The translations under genes were made by a program, and so were the position numbers. From assembly GCA_038867695.1 (NCBI GenBank), contig JAWBXT010000001.1, positions 169-64,168 on the forward strand: 64,000 nucleotides of DNA, read 5' to 3'. This stretch comes from Thermoproteota archaeon (GTDB lineage: Archaea > Thermoproteota > EX4484-205 > JAAOZP01). Under the pieces are notes generated by a model that was not told the DNA's origin, ran no database searches, and saw only the letters and a list, made by a program, of their open reading frames with translations. Positions 59,428-64,000 of the stretch are shown one piece after another (position 1 is the stretch's first letter; the number at the start of each line of letters is the position of its first letter).

Positions 59428-60240
59428 ATGATTGGCCCAGTTCACGCTCTGGCAGGATACCTCGTCGCTTACATTTCCTTGAAAATGCTAAAGAATAGGG
59501 AGCCTCACGATGGGGTACTCGCAGCCATACTTGGGGCAGTACCTGACGTTGATTACATATCTCCACTACCATTCGGCACACCGTTTGGGCATCATGGAGT
59601 AACCCATTCGCCTTCACTGCTGGTGCTAGCTTCTGTACCATTTTTAGCCAAGTACAGGCGTAAAGCAGCCCCATATTTCCTGGCACTCACGTCTCATATC
59701 GTAGCGGATTTTGTTGATAATACTGTCCCACTATTGGCACCATTCTCATGGGAGGAGTTCGGCCTACGTTTTTCACTCTCTTCTTCGACCCTACCCCTGG
59801 CTCATTCCATACAGCTTTTCATTACCATGATTTCGGCATATGTTATGGTCAAGGGTAAGAAGCAACTCCCAATATCTTTGCCTGAGAGATATGATAAGCT
59901 GGCAACACCAGCCTTAATGTTGCTTGCACTAGTAGTCCCGTTTCTGCCATGGTTAATGCACAAAGACATCCAGTTTTTCATTAACTTATCTGTAGAACCA
60001 TATTTTGCAGTATCCATTGTATTAGTGATATCTTCCTTAACACTCGTATTCCTGATTCTAATGTTGAATAGTAAACTTCTAGTCCAGAGGCTTAAGCATT
60101 ATTGTTATTCATTAAATCGCTGCTTATATAAGCGTAATAATGTTCTTACTCATCCTTCCGTCATATATATCGCTAATGGTTTTCCAAATATTGCACAAGG
60201 CTCGTCTGCTGGCAAGTGGTCCGAAAATGCTTTTCAATAA
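59428..60240 (+). CDS. YdjM/DUF457-like membrane-bound metal-dependent hydrolase (full-length paralog)
   Basis: HxGxTHS motif (FGHHGVTHSPS) and multiple TM helices. The truncated paralog lies at 54054..54347 in inverted orientation. Confidence 0.55.
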   Translation: MIGPVHALAGYLVAYISLKMLKNREPHDGVLAAILGAVPDVDYISPLPFGTPFGHHGVTHSPSLLVLASVPFLAKYRRKAAPYFLALTSHIVADFVDNTVPLLAPFSWEEFGLRFSLSSSTLPLAHSIQLFITMISAYVMVKGKKQLPISLPERYDKLATPALMLLALVVPFLPWLMHKDIQFFINLSVEPYFAVSIVLVISSLTLVFLILMLNSKLLVQRLKHYCYSLNRCLYKRNNVLTHPSVIYIANGFPNIAQGSSAGKWSENAFQ

Positions 60241-60493
60241 GCATGTAAAACCTTCTGGCCAAGGATATTCTGGTTCCTCGGTCATCCTTGCTTAAAGCAA
60301 GTTCATTTAGGAAATCGTTCAGAAGGATGTGAAGCTCCAAGTTTTCTCTCCTCCTCTTTTCTACATATTCTAGGAATGCTTTGAACAGTATCTTGGAGTA
60401 TTCATTCATTCTCCTGAGCCCCATTATTATCTGCAGCCTCAGCTCACTATATGACTTTGCAATAGCCTTCAAGTCACCATGATCTTCCGCCAT
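60173..60493 (-). CDS. hypothetical helical protein
   Basis: 106-aa ORF overlapping the 3' end of the hydrolase gene by 68 nt, with no motif. Confidence 0.25.
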   Translation of the reverse strand: MAEDHGDLKAIAKSYSELRLQIIMGLRRMNEYSKILFKAFLEYVEKRRRENLELHILLNDFLNELALSKDDRGTRISLARRFYMLIEKHFRTTCQQTSLVQYLENH

Positions 60494-60620
60494 CTCTCTT
60501 AATCCTATTCAATAATCTTTTAAGCCCCCAACTATATTCTCAAGCCAGGAGAATGAAAAAGGCCTTAAGTAGTTTCTAAAAACTGCCTCGTCGGAAAACC
60601 TAAGCTTAGTTGTTAAGCTT

Positions 60621-61226
60621 TCAGCCAAGATAGTTTTCTTCAACCGTTTCTGTCTTATCTATTATCAATAGGTCTATACCGTTGCCGCTAGCAGAGTCTC
60701 TTTCCAATGCTGTCCTTATCGCTTTCAACGCAAGGCTTTTCGCCTCGCTCATACTCATACCATCCTTATACTCTGCCTCTAATATTCCGAGAGCTATCTC
60801 AGTCCCGCTTCCTGCAGCAGCATACTTATCCTCTATTACGGAGCCCAACGCATCGAGCACGTATATTCCATGAGTGTCGAAGGTGAATCCACCTATGAGT
60901 GTCTGCGTTATAAGAGGGAATAGCCTGTTTGCGAAAAGAATGTTAGATAACAGTTTTGAAAGGGCCTTCGCAGTTATTTCTCTCGAAGTATTATACTTGA
61001 ACATTCTAGCATGATAGTTAAGCTCCCTCACTATCGTTTGAACATCCGATATTAACCCTGCGGAGGCTAGACCTATTCGCGGAGTTATTTGAAAAAGCTT
61101 CTTAACCGACTTCCCGATTACAAAGGTGCCGTATGCCGCCCTCCTATCAGCCCCGAGTATCACACCGGTGTCGTAAACTAATCCAACAACTGTTGCACCT
61201 GGAACTATCTCACCCATATCCTGCAA
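60621..61226 (-). CDS. psmB: proteasome subunit beta
   Basis: Short propeptide MQDMGEIVPGA followed by catalytic Thr (TVVGLVYDTGVILGADRR). Confidence 0.85.
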   Translation of the reverse strand: MQDMGEIVPGATVVGLVYDTGVILGADRRAAYGTFVIGKSVKKLFQITPRIGLASAGLISDVQTIVRELNYHARMFKYNTSREITAKALSKLLSNILFANRLFPLITQTLIGGFTFDTHGIYVLDALGSVIEDKYAAAGSGTEIALGILEAEYKDGMSMSEAKSLALKAIRTALERDSASGNGIDLLIIDKTETVEENYLG

Positions 61227-61295
61227 ATCACCTTTACTTCATCATAGTCAGGGTCAGAAATAAGCTTTTATCGAAGGATTGGGGCTTCAGCCTCG

Positions 61296-62384
61296 ATGGC
61301 TGGATTGCTCGAGATAGATGGCTCCATGGGGGAAGGCGGAGGACAGGTTTTAAGGACTGCTGTAGCTCTTTCAGCACTCTTGAAAAAGCCCGTCAGAGTC
61401 TTTAACATTAGGGCTAAGCGTTCAAACCCTGGCTTAAGGCCGCAGCACCTTGCAGCTGTAAAAGCTGTAGCGAGGCTGACTGGAAGCAGGGTTGAGGGGC
61501 TGGAGGTCGGCTCTAAGCAGATATTTTTTACACCGGGCGAGGTTAGGGCCTCCGATATTGAACTTGATGTTGGGACCGCTGGAAGCATATCTCTGGTTCT
61601 TCAAGCAATAATGCCTGTCTTGGCTTTCAACCCTAGGGAGGCTAATCTGATTCTTAAAGGAGGCACTGATAACCCTAGAGCACCACCCATAGACTATGTG
61701 AGAGAAGTTTTAGCAGAAACCCTTTCCAGAATGGATTATGATGTTGAAATAAAAGTTGAACGCAGAGGATTCTACCCTAGAGGTGGGGGGATAGTGCGAT
61801 TCAAATCAAGACCTGTTAAAAGCCTGAAGCCGTTTGACCTCACTGATTTCCCGGGACTGAAGAGCGTTAAAATTTTTGTATACAGCTCCAGACTGCCGGG
61901 GCACGTGGCTGAAAGGATCGCCGGCTCAGCATCTTCCCTGCTAAAAAGAGAATTTGGCATCGAGCCGCTGGTTGAATACGAGATTATGAGCGGAGGGGAG
62001 CGTAATGCCCCATTAGACCCTGGCTGCGGAATATTGATAATCGGAAGACTAGAGAATAATGCTGTGTTTGCATCAAGCGCCCTTGGAGAGAAGGGTAAGC
62101 CTTCTGAGAAGGTTGGCGGCGAGGCTGCTGCAGAGTTTATCAGACAAGTTAAGCATAAGGCTCCAGTAGACAAGAACCTAGCTGATCAGCTTGTAGTATA
62201 TGCGGCCCTAGCAGAGGGTGTTTCAGCGCTAAGGACCCATGAGGTTACGCTGCATACTTTGACGACTATAAGACTTGTAGAGCTTTTCTTACCTGTCAGG
62301 TTTGAAGTAAATGGTGAAGTAGGCTCCCCTGGCGGTTATAGAGTTAACGGAGTAGGTTTTAAGCAGAATAGGATTGGAGACTAA
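61296..62384 (+). CDS. rtcA: RNA 3'-terminal phosphate cyclase
   Basis: IDGSMGEGGGQVLRTAVALSAL N-terminus at RtcA length. Confidence 0.85.
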   Translation: MAGLLEIDGSMGEGGGQVLRTAVALSALLKKPVRVFNIRAKRSNPGLRPQHLAAVKAVARLTGSRVEGLEVGSKQIFFTPGEVRASDIELDVGTAGSISLVLQAIMPVLAFNPREANLILKGGTDNPRAPPIDYVREVLAETLSRMDYDVEIKVERRGFYPRGGGIVRFKSRPVKSLKPFDLTDFPGLKSVKIFVYSSRLPGHVAERIAGSASSLLKREFGIEPLVEYEIMSGGERNAPLDPGCGILIIGRLENNAVFASSALGEKGKPSEKVGGEAAAEFIRQVKHKAPVDKNLADQLVVYAALAEGVSALRTHEVTLHTLTTIRLVELFLPVRFEVNGEVGSPGGYRVNGVGFKQNRIGD

Positions 62385-62423
62385 TGTTTATCAATACTCT
62401 AAACGAGGGTAGGGGGATTAGGG

Positions 62424-62954
62424 ATGGATAAGAATCCTCTCTACATCGGCCGTTTCCAGCCCGTTCACAGGGGCCATGTGCATGCCATAAAGTATATTCT
62501 TTCAAACCACAATTGTGTTATCATAGCTATAGGAAGTTCTTTGACAAGCCATGAGAAGGATAATCCTTTCACATTCGGGGAAAGGCTTCAAATGCTACGC
62601 CTCGCCTTCGAGGAGGCTGGGATAGATAGTGACAGATGCGTAGTAACTGGTGTTCCTGACGTACCGAGCATGCACTTCCTCTGGGTCCGGATGGTTGAAG
62701 CCATGTCGCCTCCTTTTGAAGTGGTTTATACTAATCAGCCTTTTACGAGGAGGCTTTTCACCGAGGCAGGTTACGAAGTAAGGCCCATACCATACCTTGA
62801 GAGAGAGAAATACTCCGGCATAGAGATAAGGAGGAGGATACTTTCAGGCGAGGACTGGAGCCAGCTGGTTCCCGCTAAAGTATTTGAGTACATAAAGGAA
62901 ATCCAAGGCATTGAGAGAATAAGAGCTTTAGCAGCTTCCGACGAGGCTTTTTAA
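62424..62954 (+). CDS. nadM: nicotinamide-nucleotide adenylyltransferase (archaeal NadM type)
   Basis: GRFQPVHRGH (H/T-x-G-H nucleotidyltransferase motif) at 176 aa. Confidence 0.8.
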   Translation: MDKNPLYIGRFQPVHRGHVHAIKYILSNHNCVIIAIGSSLTSHEKDNPFTFGERLQMLRLAFEEAGIDSDRCVVTGVPDVPSMHFLWVRMVEAMSPPFEVVYTNQPFTRRLFTEAGYEVRPIPYLEREKYSGIEIRRRILSGEDWSQLVPAKVFEYIKEIQGIERIRALAASDEAF

Positions 62955-63000
62955 GGCTGGAGGAGCATTTATAAACTGTTTTACAAGCCGGTTCTTAAGA

Positions 63001-63720
63001 ATGGAGCCGGGATCGCTCATACTCGTCGACTACACCCTCACCGTGAAAGAGACCGGTAGCGTCATAGAGACGACAATAGAGGAGGATGCGAAGAAAGCGT
63101 TGATCTACAGGGAAGGCGAGAAGTATTCTCCCAAGTTGGTTTACTTAGGCGGGAAGTGGGTTCTAGAAAGCTGGGAAGAAGAATTGCTGAAAAGCGAGGT
63201 AGGTGTAGAAAGAACCGTCGAAATACCTCCGGAGAAGGCATACGGCTTTAGGGATCCTAACAAGGTTAAAACCTATGCTGCAAGGAGGTTCTCAAAGCCT
63301 CAAGAGCTTACTCCAGGTGCACTAGTCGAGGTAGATAATAGGATAGGCGTCGTCAGAAACATTAGTGGAGGCAGAATCCAAGTTGATTTTAACCCTCCGC
63401 TAGCAGGTAAGACACTCATATACAAGTTTAAAGTAGTAAAAGTCTTAGAAGAGGATGTAGAGAAAGTGAAGTATCTCGTCAACAGGAGGCTTCCGGAGGC
63501 CTCTATTGAAGAAATCCTCGTGGAAGTGGAGGGGGATACTGTCACTGTGAGGCTTCCGAATAAAGTCCTGCTCTCCGAGGATATTCAACAGATTAAGAAG
63601 GCTGTTTTTGAAGATATTGTAGGAATAATAAAAGGTGTTAAGGCAGTCAGGTTTATAGATGTTTTTGCAATTCCCGAAGAGCCAAAGAGCAAGACTGCTG
63701 AAGAGAACACTCCTTCCTAG
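63001..63720 (+). CDS. FKBP-type peptidyl-prolyl cis-trans isomerase (long archaeal FKBP with insert-in-flap and C-terminal domain)
   Basis: FKBP core (LVDYTLTV...GEKYSPKLVYLG) with a C-terminal extension. Confidence 0.75.
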   Translation: MEPGSLILVDYTLTVKETGSVIETTIEEDAKKALIYREGEKYSPKLVYLGGKWVLESWEEELLKSEVGVERTVEIPPEKAYGFRDPNKVKTYAARRFSKPQELTPGALVEVDNRIGVVRNISGGRIQVDFNPPLAGKTLIYKFKVVKVLEEDVEKVKYLVNRRLPEASIEEILVEVEGDTVTVRLPNKVLLSEDIQQIKKAVFEDIVGIIKGVKAVRFIDVFAIPEEPKSKTAEENTPS

Positions 63721-63725
63721 ACTCC

Positions 63726-63995
63726 CTATTCTAGAATTTCAGCCTTAATCAGAACTAGCTTCCTTTCAGGACAGTTGAAAGTGCCGATTACTTCTATCAC
63801 TCTGACTCTACGGTTAGCGATGAGTGCATTGAATAAAATGGGGCACTCTTCCACCATCCCGCAATCTGTCTTACATAAGGAGTCGTCAAGGTTAAGCTCC
63901 GTCACTGCCCCCTCTCTAATCCTCCCAGAAGAGGCGACTAAGACTATTGGTTCAAGAGAAACTTCGTAGGGAACAGCCTCGTCGCCTCTGAGCAT
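63726..63995 (-). CDS. hypothetical protein, C-terminal fragment (start outside window)
   Basis: Open frame reaching the window edge. It contains CKTDCGMVEECP. Confidence 0.25.
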   Translation of the reverse strand: MLRGDEAVPYEVSLEPIVLVASSGRIREGAVTELNLDDSLCKTDCGMVEECPILFNALIANRRVRVIEVIGTFNCPERKLVLIKAEILE

Positions 63996-64000
63996 ACAGT

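Noticed and set aside
54054-60240. The two hydrolase copies as terminal inverted repeats of a mobile element
   Set aside because: They are only about 70% identical at nucleotide level, with differences spread throughout. No transposase or integrase is present. They are old paralogs rather than fresh IRs.

Overview
This 64-kb window is archaeal chromosome, mostly core genome, with GC roughly in the mid-40s percent outside one AT-rich stretch. Gene content places it in the TACK group but outside classical Crenarchaeota: it carries Cdv/ESCRT-III genes (two CdvB paralogs flanking a convergent CdvC/Vps4 ATPase), a PolD small subunit DP1 alongside a family-B DNA polymerase, and an unsplit rpoB. In coordinate order the window holds: a cluster of four tRNAs, two with introns and one His with genome-encoded G-1; rpiA and the Cdv locus; a complete trpEGDCFBA operon; gatCA; a class-V aminotransferase; two ABC/ECF transporter modules; a four-OB-fold RPA-like gene translationally coupled to Alba; the exosome/proteasome superoperon (Pop5, psmA, SBDS, Rrp4/41/42, L37ae, prefoldin beta); PolB; myo-inositol-1-phosphate synthase; PIMT; FEN1; EF-1beta with a small Zn-ribbon gene; Pth2; GlyRS; the tRNA-splicing endonuclease EndA next to a tRNA-Tyr carrying two introns; the rpoH-rpoB-rpoA-L30e-nusA-S12-S7 block; guaB; tuf; proteasome beta; rtcA; NMNAT; and an FKBP. 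The two most unusual things are (1) RNA polymerase subunit A, which reads as one continuous 1281-aa ORF with rpoA' and rpoA'' fused, and (2) a decayed accessory island at about 54.05-59.43 kb between guaB and a displaced tuf. The island is bracketed by two inverted paralogs of a membrane-bound hydrolase gene (one a 97-aa stump). It contains a radical SAM/SPASM enzyme tightly coupled to a 97-aa partner ORF, followed by a roughly 2-kb AT-rich gene desert holding hicB/hicA toxin-antitoxin pseudogenes. No CRISPR array, transposase or integrase was found.
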